A stretch of DNA of 34,431 nt from the IMG/VR virus record IMGVR_UViG_3300011335_000220, positions 1 to 34,431 of that record. One strand, 5' to 3'. Origin of the DNA: a virus. Taxonomy: Duplodnaviria > Caudoviricetes. The notes beneath the pieces were generated by a model. The model was not told the origin of the DNA. It was given only the letters and a program-made list of their open reading frames with translations, and searched no databases. Below, in pieces: positions 15,826 to 25,176 of the stretch. Position numbers and translations under genes: made by a program. How positions within the stretch are numbered: the first letter of the stretch is position 1; each line of letters starts with the position of its first letter.

Positions 15826-17834
15826 TATTGTTCTCCAATGGCCATACCACTTGGCTGGCCTGTTACGCTAGTTGTATTTCCTTTGGCAACTCTGCCTCGT
15901 TTTCTGCTCCCCATGTCTCCGGGATTCCCTCCGGATACGCTAACCCCAGGTAATTGTCCCTGGTCAGGGGTAGTTTGAACTTCTTGAGTAGGTTGAGAAC
16001 GAAGTCCACTTCTTTCCCACTCTGGGGGGTTGATTCCATTTGCTGATTTGAATACTTCATCTCTGGCCTCCGTTTGAGATATCTGTCCCTTCCGATATTT
16101 TAACCAAATATTGTCAATTAGTTCAGAATTTTTTGCATTTTTAAATGTATCTGGGAATAGACCTCGTACTGCCTCCCAAGTAATTGATTGCATTTCGCGT
16201 GGCAATACACCGCGTTCTTGTGCCGCTCTACGATAAGCCTCTGCATATAATCCATAAGTACCTTGTACACCGGTAATAGAACTATTGGCTGGGCCAACAG
16301 ACCCTTTAACATTAGATGCAAAGTTGTGCGCTACTTCTGTAGATGCGCCAGATAATGGGCGCAATAAACCAGCCGCTACGGCATGGGTATCAATAGTCAC
16401 ATATCCAGCCGGATTGGTAGGATCGTAGATATTGTTATAGAAATTGCGAACCTTATGCATGGTGCCAAGGCTATTACTAATATTTTCTAGCGTTGGGTTT
16501 TCGTAGATATTAATTGCTTTACCAATCTCATTTAATGAACCCCAGCCAGTTTTGTATGGCACTCCTTTATCAGTCAATCTAACTCCAGCGAATGTACCTT
16601 CTGGGTTTACGATCTGATGCTCACGAGGATTATGTGCCTGGTCATAAGTACGCAACCACATAGCCTTTAATCCTGGATCACTTAGTTCTGCCAATGTCTT
16701 GCCGCGAATGGCATCTACCATTGGCGCGTACTGTGGTTTAGACCAGATTACCTTGGCCATCTCATCCATTGAGCTATCCCATTTAAAAGATTGCTTATTA
16801 GTCATTGTATCTAGAACACGCTCACCTAGAGATACATTCATAAACCAATCTTTTTGTGGAGATAATACTGCTAAAACTCCAGCAATAGCGCTATCACTTG
16901 CGCCGTATTTTCCTGTCCAATCATCCACGATATTGCGTGCGCCGTCATACCATAGCTTACTGCGCTGACGGGTTTGATCTGGTACCTTATCGTACAAATA
17001 TAATAGGTTATCTTTTACTTCTGAAATGAAATCTTCTGCGCGCTTTTCTGGATCTCTAGCTTTAGATGCAAAATTGGGATATTGCTGAACCAGACTCATA
17101 TTGTGTTTAAATGCCTCTGGATCTTTTTTAATTGCCTCAAAATCAATAATTAAATTAGATGTTAATGGATCCTCTGTTGCCTTGACCGCAGTTGGTAATC
17201 GTGTACTTACAATGTCTGTACGAGGTGTTGTTGATACATCTTTAATACTCATACCAATTGGCAAATCTTTTGTAGCTTGAATGCCTTTTAATAACATTTT
17301 ACTACCACTAACCGCGGCTTCCGGAATGCCAGGCGCTGGTAAGAATGTACCGATATCACTAGCCATCTTTGCGGTATGCTCACGATCTGCTTGATTAGCT
17401 ACTCCTTGTGGAATAACTGCTGGCAACTTCTCTTGCATCTGTTCAGTAGTAGGCATTACTGGCTCGCCTAAATATTTCTGTGCGCCTTCTTTATTAATCA
17501 TGTCTAAGATAGACCGAATATCGCCAGGCAATCCAAGAGTCTGGGCAGTAGCGCCATGCAATGCACCAGCCAATGTATCAAGCAATGCAACTAATGGGCG
17601 ATCTAAACCACCAGCTTTAGCTGATTGTTCTGGAGTAATTCCAGCGCGACCAACACGAACTCCGCTAGGTTGTTCTGGGTTATATCCTTCTACAGTTACC
17701 TTACCAGTACGAATACCAGTCTGTGGCATATCAGATGCAATAGGGCCAGCCGCAAGCAATGTATCTTGTTGCGTTGGAGCAACTTGAATAACATCGTCTG
17801 CCGCCAAATCATTCATAAATAATTGGTCAATCAT
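15825..17834 (-). CDS. Internal virion protein with an HhH-GPD glycosylase-like C-terminal domain
   Basis: In the ejection block; WYD, AVLSPQKDW..N, KVRNFYNNI, TIDTHA, YAEAYRRAA, MQSITW; start 17834 avoids overlap with the upstream gene. Confidence 0.7.
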   Translation of the reverse strand: MIDQLFMNDLAADDVIQVAPTQQDTLLAAGPIASDMPQTGIRTGKVTVEGYNPEQPSGVRVGRAGITPEQSAKAGGLDRPLVALLDTLAGALHGATAQTLGLPGDIRSILDMINKEGAQKYLGEPVMPTTEQMQEKLPAVIPQGVANQADREHTAKMASDIGTFLPAPGIPEAAVSGSKMLLKGIQATKDLPIGMSIKDVSTTPRTDIVSTRLPTAVKATEDPLTSNLIIDFEAIKKDPEAFKHNMSLVQQYPNFASKARDPEKRAEDFISEVKDNLLYLYDKVPDQTRQRSKLWYDGARNIVDDWTGKYGASDSAIAGVLAVLSPQKDWFMNVSLGERVLDTMTNKQSFKWDSSMDEMAKVIWSKPQYAPMVDAIRGKTLAELSDPGLKAMWLRTYDQAHNPREHQIVNPEGTFAGVRLTDKGVPYKTGWGSLNEIGKAINIYENPTLENISNSLGTMHKVRNFYNNIYDPTNPAGYVTIDTHAVAAGLLRPLSGASTEVAHNFASNVKGSVGPANSSITGVQGTYGLYAEAYRRAAQERGVLPREMQSITWEAVRGLFPDTFKNAKNSELIDNIWLKYRKGQISQTEARDEVFKSANGINPPEWERSGLRSQPTQEVQTTPDQGQLPGVSVSGGNPGDMGSRKRGRVAKGNTTSVTGQPSGMAIGEQ
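15863..16060 (-). CDS. Nested out-of-frame small protein (65 aa)
   Basis: GGAGG 6 nt before ATG 16060; protein-like LPLTRDNYLGLAYPEGIPETWGAENEAELP while the host frame becomes low-complexity. Confidence 0.6.
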   Translation of the reverse strand: MKYSNQQMESTPQSGKEVDFVLNLLKKFKLPLTRDNYLGLAYPEGIPETWGAENEAELPKEIQLA

Positions 17835-17835
17835 C

Positions 17836-19455
17836 TTATCTGCCTTTTTGCAATCTTCGTATTGCTTTAATTTCTTCAGAATTAAAACCATAACGCTTTA
17901 AATCATCTTCTGTGTATTCTTTTGATGGATCATAATTAATTCTTTTTACATCAAAATATTTTGTTTTAATTCTATCTTGAGATTCTTTAGTATCTTTAAT
18001 TTGCAATTGAACTTGTTTGTCATTAATTAATTCATTAGCAATTGCCATAGGATCAAATGGCTCACCAGCATCTCTTGCTATTGTTTGTCGAGTAATTAAT
18101 TTAGCTTTAATATCAGCAACAGTTTGTTTTTCCATTCCAAATCCTGGAGCAGTCATATCTGGAACACCCAACTTATTCTGAATAAATTGAGTTGCTCTGC
18201 TCATCTCAGGATTATCTTGGCGCACATTTTTCTTAAGTGCGTTTGCTTGTTTCCAAGAGATTACTTTAGACCTAGCTAAATTATCAAAGTAATCCTCGCC
18301 AACCTTTTGACGATCTGCTAAGGATTCTAGCTGACCCATCAACTCTTGATTACCACCGCCAACATCTCCAGTAACCATAGCTTTGCGCTCTTCTGGACTA
18401 ATATCAACACCAAGAGATTTAAGTCTGCTTAATCCATTTTGAGCGCTAATCTTTCCTGTCCATACTTGTTCGCGGATATCCATTGACTCATCGTAGTTCT
18501 TTTCTGTTGCGGCATCGCGTGAGCGTTTCCACATGACGGCCTCTTCACCAAGCCTATCAACATATGCCTTACGCAATTTGTCTTTATCAATAGTCTTAAC
18601 TAATTCATTAAGATTACCAAAATCACCAGCATTAATACGCTTAATACCTTCAGATGGTTTTGTAGCAAAATCAGTATTAGTTGTGTAATCAACAACTGCA
18701 TTCAATACACGCTTTTGAAAAGCATCCATTGTCTGCTTAACATATTCTGGATTACCAGTTGCTTTTGCAATTTCATATACTCTACTACGCTCAACTTTAA
18801 CGCGCTCTAATAGCATGGCTGGATCTTTTTCAGCCTTAAATGTATCAGCAATAATTGTGGCTGATGGCGCAATAGAATCTCCAGCAAGGGCAATCTGTCC
18901 TTCTCCATAAATCTTGGCATAGTTCTCTGTAGCTTTTACATATACTGCGTTAGCGGCAGTAGCCATAGAACTACGGAATTTAAGACCTTCTTCTGGATCA
19001 ACTGAGCCAAGTGCCTTAGCATAGCCAGCAGTCATTGACTTAATAGTTGTTTGTACTTCTTCAAGACTAAAAGATCCTGAGTCTACTGCGGCACTTAACA
19101 TGGCCAACTCTTGACGGCCTTTAACCTCTAGTTCATTACGCAATTGTCCAGCCTGGATCTTGCGTGCGGCATCACCAAAGTATGTGCCAGGTTTGGCAAA
19201 CAATTCAGCTGGGCTTTTGCCTTCCTTCATCGCAGTCATTACTTGTTCTGCTGTAGGTTGATTCTCAGCACCATATTGCATACCCTGGCGTTGAGCAGTT
19301 TCAGCCGCATTCTTAAAGGCAAAGTCAGCTAATCTATCAAGTTGCGATCCTATAACTTGTTTTTGAATAATGCTTTCTTTAATATTGGCATAATCCATAC
19401 GCGGAACATCTGCTGGCAGATATCCGGTTGGTTGGTATACTTGAAGTTCGGCCAT
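17836..19455 (-). CDS. Internal virion (ejection) protein
   Basis: 539 aa, helical, follows the gp14-like gene. Confidence 0.7.
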   Translation of the reverse strand: MAELQVYQPTGYLPADVPRMDYANIKESIIQKQVIGSQLDRLADFAFKNAAETAQRQGMQYGAENQPTAEQVMTAMKEGKSPAELFAKPGTYFGDAARKIQAGQLRNELEVKGRQELAMLSAAVDSGSFSLEEVQTTIKSMTAGYAKALGSVDPEEGLKFRSSMATAANAVYVKATENYAKIYGEGQIALAGDSIAPSATIIADTFKAEKDPAMLLERVKVERSRVYEIAKATGNPEYVKQTMDAFQKRVLNAVVDYTTNTDFATKPSEGIKRINAGDFGNLNELVKTIDKDKLRKAYVDRLGEEAVMWKRSRDAATEKNYDESMDIREQVWTGKISAQNGLSRLKSLGVDISPEERKAMVTGDVGGGNQELMGQLESLADRQKVGEDYFDNLARSKVISWKQANALKKNVRQDNPEMSRATQFIQNKLGVPDMTAPGFGMEKQTVADIKAKLITRQTIARDAGEPFDPMAIANELINDKQVQLQIKDTKESQDRIKTKYFDVKRINYDPSKEYTEDDLKRYGFNSEEIKAIRRLQKGR

Positions 19456-19463
19456 GATTTAAC

Positions 19464-20072
19464 TTATCCTGTAGTAGAAAAATCATAAATTGGAGCGGCT
19501 CCACCAGCCCTCTCTGCTCCAGGTGGCCCACCCAGTTTTGAACCGACTGCAAATGCCTGACCAACTTTACCAATAGCCTCATATGTACCAGTTCTTTCGG
19601 CAGTTGATCCAGCTTGCTCATAAAGTGATGCCTGGATTAAACCACCTCTGCGTGTCATATCAGCATTATCTAAAGCAAACATAAACTCTTTACCGCCACG
19701 GGTTTGTGTGATTTGTTGAACTAATGCGGCAGACCCTTCAAATCCTTGTGTACCACCAGCATAACCACGAGCAACAGTACTTGCTAATGCACTATTTGTG
19801 CGTTGCAATATTTGATTAGCTTGCAATTCATATTGAACTGCTCTGCGACCAGATTCAATCTCAGCCTGTTTTGCTTGCATCTCATACATTTTCTTTTTAT
19901 CTTGACCAGCTTCATATGAACCATATGCGCTGACTAATAACAAGCTAATAGCAATAGTTGCGCTTACTGGTTCTTGGTATTTCTGACCAGTAAGTTTATT
20001 AGCCGTTGGGCCACCAAATGGATCACCAATTGGGCCATCAAAGTTTTTAATGTCTTGTCTTGAGAATTTCAT
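19464..20072 (-). CDS. Small internal virion protein (T7 gp14-like)
   Basis: Hydrophobic segment after EPVS, Ala/Gln-rich coil, ARGYAGG; directly after tail tubular B. Confidence 0.7.
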   Translation of the reverse strand: MKFSRQDIKNFDGPIGDPFGGPTANKLTGQKYQEPVSATIAISLLLVSAYGSYEAGQDKKKMYEMQAKQAEIESGRRAVQYELQANQILQRTNSALASTVARGYAGGTQGFEGSAALVQQITQTRGGKEFMFALDNADMTRRGGLIQASLYEQAGSTAERTGTYEAIGKVGQAFAVGSKLGGPPGAERAGGAAPIYDFSTTG

Positions 20073-20073
20073 A

Positions 20074-22068
20074 TTATGTCCCCTGATGCGTTGATACTTT
20101 GTACTCTAAACCGAGCAATGTCATTTTTAATGGCACATCTTGCTCAATGGTAATTTTGGCATCTTGCGAATAACCAAGCAAACCATGAACTGTTTTTGTC
20201 CCTGTATATTCAGCAACAGGCTCATCTAAGATATCTCCAAATTGTCTAAATGGAATTTGGATACCATTAATCTTCATGTGCTGAGTTTCTGATACAAGAG
20301 CGTTAACCTCAACGATGCGCTTTTTAAATCCAATACGAGTGCCTGTTTGCAATTTAATGTCTACCGGCATAGTTACCGCACGAACATTGATAGGCAATCC
20401 AACCTCATAGCCAGTAACGGATGAGCGTGGGAATGTAACTGTGCCACCGCTTGGTACTATTTGTTCTGCCATAACTGCGCCATCAAGGATAGTCTCTACA
20501 TTTTCAGTAGCCAGATGGCTCATTGATACAGATGCCGCGGCTCCACCAGTTTTAGCCGAGTCTGTTAATAAAGCATTTTCAAATACCTCAACATAGTATT
20601 GGTTAACGCCATTGACATTGCGCTTAACGACTGTGTATATGGTTGAGATATCTACGCCAACATCTACAAAGTATCCATCTATAGTAGTAAATTTAGATGG
20701 AGCAATAACATTCTGGGCGCGCAATAAAGAGAATACTGCCATCGTGCCATCGTCTGCATTAGTGATAAGCAATAAATCATTCTCATCAGTTGCAACAGAG
20801 CGGCGTAACGCCATGCGTGTTGGTGTGCGTAATAGATGACCAGCAAGCAATGAGATCTTGGCAGTCACATAGGTTAACTGTGTATCGGTATAGGCAAACT
20901 CATTAAGAGATTTACCCTGGCGCTGAACAAACAATGTGCCAGACTCTAATTGCTGAACTCGTATGCCTTCTTTAATTCCATTACGGCTTGCGGTTTTAAC
21001 AAAAAAGTTTGTGGGAGTGATTGGATCTAGACCATTCTGCGGTACATAGAACTCACCACCAGTTGTAAACACTTGCAAGTCGCGGCCAGAAATAATATCA
21101 ACGATAGCGTTGAAAGTATTAGTATCTAATGTGGCCTCTACCGCGTCATCGTCTAAGCCTTCTGTAGCAAGAAAATCAAAAAAGAGACCAACTTTAGAAC
21201 CCCATATAGTACTAGGGCGAGACTTAGAACCACCAAAGTAAAGGCGGCCTTCATGGAAAGTAACAGAGCGAGGATAACCGCGTGTGCTACTCCAAACATT
21301 TTCGTAACCAGATTCATATTCCCAAGACCCGTTTGCAATAGCTGATGTATTAAAAAATGGAAACTCTGTAATAGCGTCTACTGAAGTGCCGGATGTATAT
21401 TTAACAATTTTAGCCCGGCCCTGTGGAGTTGCGTTGACATACTGACCAACGCTACCAGAAGTAAACACGCTGGCAGATGCGGTTAATGTAACTTTGCCAG
21501 ATACCGCTGATGGAGTCAGAGTGCCAGATGGGTTAGTTGTAGTTGAGGTAAACGCATAAGACGGAGCGCTATCAAAGAAAATCTGACTAGCAGTCCATGA
21601 TGAGTCATTAGCGCCTCGTACAATCTTAACTGGCGATACATCCTGGTGAACCACAATTAATGTATCAGCGGATTGAGTCCAGACTATATTAGCCAATACG
21701 GAACCAACTAGGCCAACTCCAGATGTGCTTAGGTAGGGATTACCCGTACCATTGATATTAGTAATCAATGTCTCATTTTTAAAAATGTACATACGATTAT
21801 GCGTCAAGCAAAGCATATAACTATCAGTTGTAGAAAACTCAAACTCTATCAATCTGATGCCATTGGCCGCTGACTCTGTACCGCTATTTGGGAGGCTTGT
21901 AAGGTATCTTAGACCAGGTCTACGGCGTATCCCACCCTGTGGCTGGCACACTACATTTGTAGCATCTTCTAGAGCGTTTTGATAAGCAGTTAAATCAACC
22001 CTTGCCCTAAGCAAAGGATCTAGTTCACCGGTAGAAAAGTTTGTCTGTATCGAGACAAAGCGGCTCAT
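20074..22068 (-). CDS. Tail tubular protein B (nozzle)
   Basis: QTNFSTGELDP, GGIRRRPG, QSADTL, GYPRSVTFHEGRLYFGG. Confidence 0.88.
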   Translation of the reverse strand: MSRFVSIQTNFSTGELDPLLRARVDLTAYQNALEDATNVVCQPQGGIRRRPGLRYLTSLPNSGTESAANGIRLIEFEFSTTDSYMLCLTHNRMYIFKNETLITNINGTGNPYLSTSGVGLVGSVLANIVWTQSADTLIVVHQDVSPVKIVRGANDSSWTASQIFFDSAPSYAFTSTTTNPSGTLTPSAVSGKVTLTASASVFTSGSVGQYVNATPQGRAKIVKYTSGTSVDAITEFPFFNTSAIANGSWEYESGYENVWSSTRGYPRSVTFHEGRLYFGGSKSRPSTIWGSKVGLFFDFLATEGLDDDAVEATLDTNTFNAIVDIISGRDLQVFTTGGEFYVPQNGLDPITPTNFFVKTASRNGIKEGIRVQQLESGTLFVQRQGKSLNEFAYTDTQLTYVTAKISLLAGHLLRTPTRMALRRSVATDENDLLLITNADDGTMAVFSLLRAQNVIAPSKFTTIDGYFVDVGVDISTIYTVVKRNVNGVNQYYVEVFENALLTDSAKTGGAAASVSMSHLATENVETILDGAVMAEQIVPSGGTVTFPRSSVTGYEVGLPINVRAVTMPVDIKLQTGTRIGFKKRIVEVNALVSETQHMKINGIQIPFRQFGDILDEPVAEYTGTKTVHGLLGYSQDAKITIEQDVPLKMTLLGLEYKVSTHQGT

Positions 22069-22682
22069 TAATACCTCACCGCAATAAGAGAGAAGTCATT
22101 GATGGCATTTGTTGGTTGGTTAACGCCATCGATATTCATAGCCTGGCGCAGATAGCCACCTCGGCCATTTTCGCCTGGGCTACCTATTGCAACAGATTGC
22201 CAGTATTGACTCTTATCGGTTTGGTCTGTAATTGGCAAAGCTAAATGCCAAGTCATCATATATTTAAGGAGTTGCACAAAATAGCTTGGTAGATCGTATT
22301 CAGCAACTGAGTACTGATAATCAATATAAACAGTCTCGTAATCAGTTAATAGTTTGCTACCCATAATTCTGTATTCTTTGCGCGGAGGGATGCCAGTTGC
22401 GCTTGTATCATAAACCGCTCTAGGGGATCCAATGCGGTCTCCTGGCAGTTGATATTCATATTTGAACTCATTGGTAGGCGTAGTAATCAACCGAGCAATT
22501 GAGGTTTTCTTAAAGCTAAAAGACCAAGGATATAACATTAATGCTTGGTTTTTAATATCGTTATATAAACGAGCGGAAATAGAGGCCTCGTCTGTGCCTT
22601 CATCAAAGGATGATATAGGCTTTGCGCCCAACATCACTAATGCATCCGAGCAGATCGATAATGAGGTATCACCAGCGGCCAT
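22068..22682 (-). CDS. Tail tubular protein A (adaptor)
   Basis: ICSDALVMLGAKPISSF, YPWSF, YQLPGD. Confidence 0.88.
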   Translation of the reverse strand: MAAGDTSLSICSDALVMLGAKPISSFDEGTDEASISARLYNDIKNQALMLYPWSFSFKKTSIARLITTPTNEFKYEYQLPGDRIGSPRAVYDTSATGIPPRKEYRIMGSKLLTDYETVYIDYQYSVAEYDLPSYFVQLLKYMMTWHLALPITDQTDKSQYWQSVAIGSPGENGRGGYLRQAMNIDGVNQPTNAINDFSLIAVRY

Positions 22683-22700
22683 TTAATTCTCCAATGTAAT

Positions 22701-22738
22701 AATGGGCTATCTCCTGTTTTACCAGAAAATAGCCCATT
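22701..22738. terminator. Stem-loop downstream of the capsid genes (terminator or stabiliser)
   Basis: AATGGGCTAT...ATAGCCCATT inverted repeat; weak U-tract on the coding strand. Confidence 0.5.
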
Positions 22739-22754
22739 TTGATACTAAATACTG

Positions 22755-23027
22755 TTAGTCAGTATCTGTTGCGCTTACAGTTGTACCATCAGCAATATCA
22801 ACAGAAGTTGAAGTTACTTGGTTCACATATGTCAAAACTAGGCTAGGCGTAGTTGTGTCATATACAAAAATAATATCGCCAACTTTCATCAAGTCTTTTA
22901 ATGCCGCAAAGTAGCCAGCGGTATTAACAGTTGCTTGAGTATCAGCAGTTTTATATAGGAACATTGCCGGTGCATTACCAGACTTTGCCGCGCCAATTGT
23001 TACTAAACCAGTTGCAGAATATGCCAT
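22755..23027 (-). CDS. Putative capsid decoration protein
   Basis: 90 aa immediately after the MCP; strong AAGGAG RBS; TADTQATVNTAGYF, KVGDIIFV. Confidence 0.65.
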   Translation of the reverse strand: MAYSATGLVTIGAAKSGNAPAMFLYKTADTQATVNTAGYFAALKDLMKVGDIIFVYDTTTPSLVLTYVNQVTSTSVDIADGTTVSATDTD

Positions 23028-23044
23028 TTCAGTCTCTCCTTAGA

Positions 23045-23887
23045 TTAAGATTCGCGAGCGGTGATTTGGACAATACCTTCAGCATCGATAGCAATTGCAC
23101 CAGCAGAGAATACAGAGTTCACTAAGAACGATGTCTTTTCTGGGATGTAATTGATTTCTGTGCGTGGGGCAATACCTTCAGCGTAGCCGATAGAATCTTT
23201 ATGGAAAGCAAAGCAAGTGCGGTCTAAAGAACCATCAATTGCCAAACCACCTTCAGAGCGATCGCCTAGGATATGGAAAGTAAAACCTAAGAAAGTATTG
23301 ATTTCACCAGCAACCAATGCTTTAACAGTATTGAAGTCAGAAGATGTAACGGCAGTCTCAGACAACAAAGATGCTAAACCAGCGGCGTGAAGAATGATGT
23401 GACGGCCTTCTGGCGGTACATTGTTCTTGTCCAACAGTTTCTTAGCTTCGCGCAACTTAGCCACATTCATGTTTGTGTCAGTACCACCAATATCGTTAGA
23501 CACAGTTAATGATGTGCTTGAACCAGATAAAGCGTCAAGAATCATCTGGTCTTGACGGCGGCCAATGGCGTTGCCAAGAACTTGAACCAACTCTGAACGC
23601 TCGTCAAAGTTAACTTTAGCTTGTGAAAAGATATCGCTATATTCAGCGGCATTGTAATCACCAAGAGTACAAGTTACATTTGAAAAACCAACATTCAATG
23701 GGGTTACATCAGTTTGACCAATGCGTGGTGTAGCTACGCCTTTGCCAACTTTAGGGAACTTAACAGTTGAGCCTTCAACTCCTCTGCGCTGACGAACGGC
23801 ACCTACCAACATTGCTTTGCCCTGGTAGGACTGTTTTACCTCAGCATCAAAGAGGGTTACAAAGGCGTTTGATAAAGATACGCTCAT
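23045..23887 (-). CDS. Major capsid protein
   Basis: FVTLFDAEVKQSYQ, AIGRRQDQMILDAL, TSSDFN..KALVAGEINTFLGF; follows portal and scaffold. Confidence 0.92.
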   Translation of the reverse strand: MSVSLSNAFVTLFDAEVKQSYQGKAMLVGAVRQRRGVEGSTVKFPKVGKGVATPRIGQTDVTPLNVGFSNVTCTLGDYNAAEYSDIFSQAKVNFDERSELVQVLGNAIGRRQDQMILDALSGSSTSLTVSNDIGGTDTNMNVAKLREAKKLLDKNNVPPEGRHIILHAAGLASLLSETAVTSSDFNTVKALVAGEINTFLGFTFHILGDRSEGGLAIDGSLDRTCFAFHKDSIGYAEGIAPRTEINYIPEKTSFLVNSVFSAGAIAIDAEGIVQITARES

Positions 23888-23914
23888 TTGAAATCTCCAA
23901 AATAGATAAAAATA

Positions 23915-24024
23915 AAAAGGGTTATCGCATTGGTATGCCGGTATTCTGGGCCAGTCGCTTGCTACTTACGGGAGCCAATCGTCAGATTAATCTGCATTAA
24001 GGGCCAATTAAATGGTATGCCTTA
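23915..24024 (-). ncRNA. Candidate structured leader of the capsid mRNA
   Basis: Two hairpins containing GG-CAUA-CCA/UGG-C-CC, plus a CAGA-UUAA-UCUG hairpin. Confidence 0.5.
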
Positions 24025-24074
24025 TGGAGTTTCTAGCAGAACTGTCAGCTAAATACAACATCTTTTTTATAAAT

Positions 24075-24103
24075 AAAAAAACCCCGGCCATAATGCACCG
24101 GGG
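24075..24103 (-). terminator. Rho-independent terminator after the scaffold gene
   Basis: CCCCGG...CCGGGG followed by T7 on the minus strand. Confidence 0.8.
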
Positions 24104-24124
24104 GAACCACCTCTCGTGAAGAGT

Positions 24125-24904
24125 TTATTGAAAGGTCTGGCTGAACATACGCTCAACCTTAGCCCTATATCCTGGATCAGTTTTGTACTTAGGATCGGCA
24201 ACCATTTGATATAGCTCATCTTTAGATGGAGCGCCGTCTACTGGCATGGATTGAGTAGGAATGCGGTTGCCCTCGTAGGACTCACGCAATTTCATCAATG
24301 CCTTAATTCCATTGGCTGTACCGCCCATGTATTTAAATTCCTCAAAGTCATCCTTACCCCAGACTCCTTTGTTTACAAGGCCTTTTGCCCAATCTGTCAT
24401 ACCTTTAATTACGACATCTGCGTTGGGGCCAAGGGCGGCTTTTTCTTCAGCTAGGGATCTTTGGATTGTTTCTGCCTTTTGAGCAGACATTCCAACAACC
24501 TTGCTAACCAATGAGTCTAAGGCTAACTGCGATATCCCATTTTCTTGCGCCCATGTCATTACATGACTACGAACTGGATCATCCTCTGGAATACCAGCAA
24601 ATGCGCTTGGATCGTATTGACCATCTGCTGGCGCTTTATGCTTGCCTTGAGATATCTGTTTGCGTAGATCCATCCAGGATTTAGCAATACCCTCAAGATC
24701 TGGCTCTGAGCCTTCTTTTTTCCAGAAGTTCTCTGGCCACCAATCTGGGCGCTCTAAAGGACTGTCATCCTCTTTGGGTGCTAGATGGCTTATTTCTGTG
24801 GATTGTGGCTGACCTTCATTAACCTGGCTCTCAGTTTGAAATTCAACTGAGTCCAATAGGCCACCACTAACTTCTGTGGGTTGGACTGCTTCGGTTGTTT
24901 CCAT
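24125..24904 (-). CDS. Capsid scaffolding protein
   Basis: Acidic N-terminus, RPDWWPENFW, DPKYKTDPGYRAKVE; between portal and MCP. Confidence 0.82.
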   Translation of the reverse strand: METTEAVQPTEVSGGLLDSVEFQTESQVNEGQPQSTEISHLAPKEDDSPLERPDWWPENFWKKEGSEPDLEGIAKSWMDLRKQISQGKHKAPADGQYDPSAFAGIPEDDPVRSHVMTWAQENGISQLALDSLVSKVVGMSAQKAETIQRSLAEEKAALGPNADVVIKGMTDWAKGLVNKGVWGKDDFEEFKYMGGTANGIKALMKLRESYEGNRIPTQSMPVDGAPSKDELYQMVADPKYKTDPGYRAKVERMFSQTFQ

Positions 24905-24906
24905 TG

Positions 24907-25173
24907 TTATAGCTTCCTTGCTTTTTGAATCCTTGCTTCAAGATCCCGAACAATACTATTCTGTCCTTCTCGATAGAACGCATAGCTCGGATCAGAACCA
25001 GGCAAGGCAACTGGTTGCTCTAATAAAGTAGCTCTTAACCACTTCATCAGTTTTTCTCCGTCCTCAGATGCAAGTACTCTGAGGCATAATTTGTTTAAAT
25101 CTTCTACGGCCTGCTCTGCGCCGCGGATATCGGTTATCTGCTCTTGCAGACCTTCCCATCCTTCTACATTCAT
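24907..25173 (-). CDS. Bbp19-like head-associated protein
   Basis: ASEDGEKLMKWL...AFYREGQNSIV after the portal. Confidence 0.72.
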   Translation of the reverse strand: MNVEGWEGLQEQITDIRGAEQAVEDLNKLCLRVLASEDGEKLMKWLRATLLEQPVALPGSDPSYAFYREGQNSIVRDLEARIQKARKL

Positions 25174-25176
25174 CTA

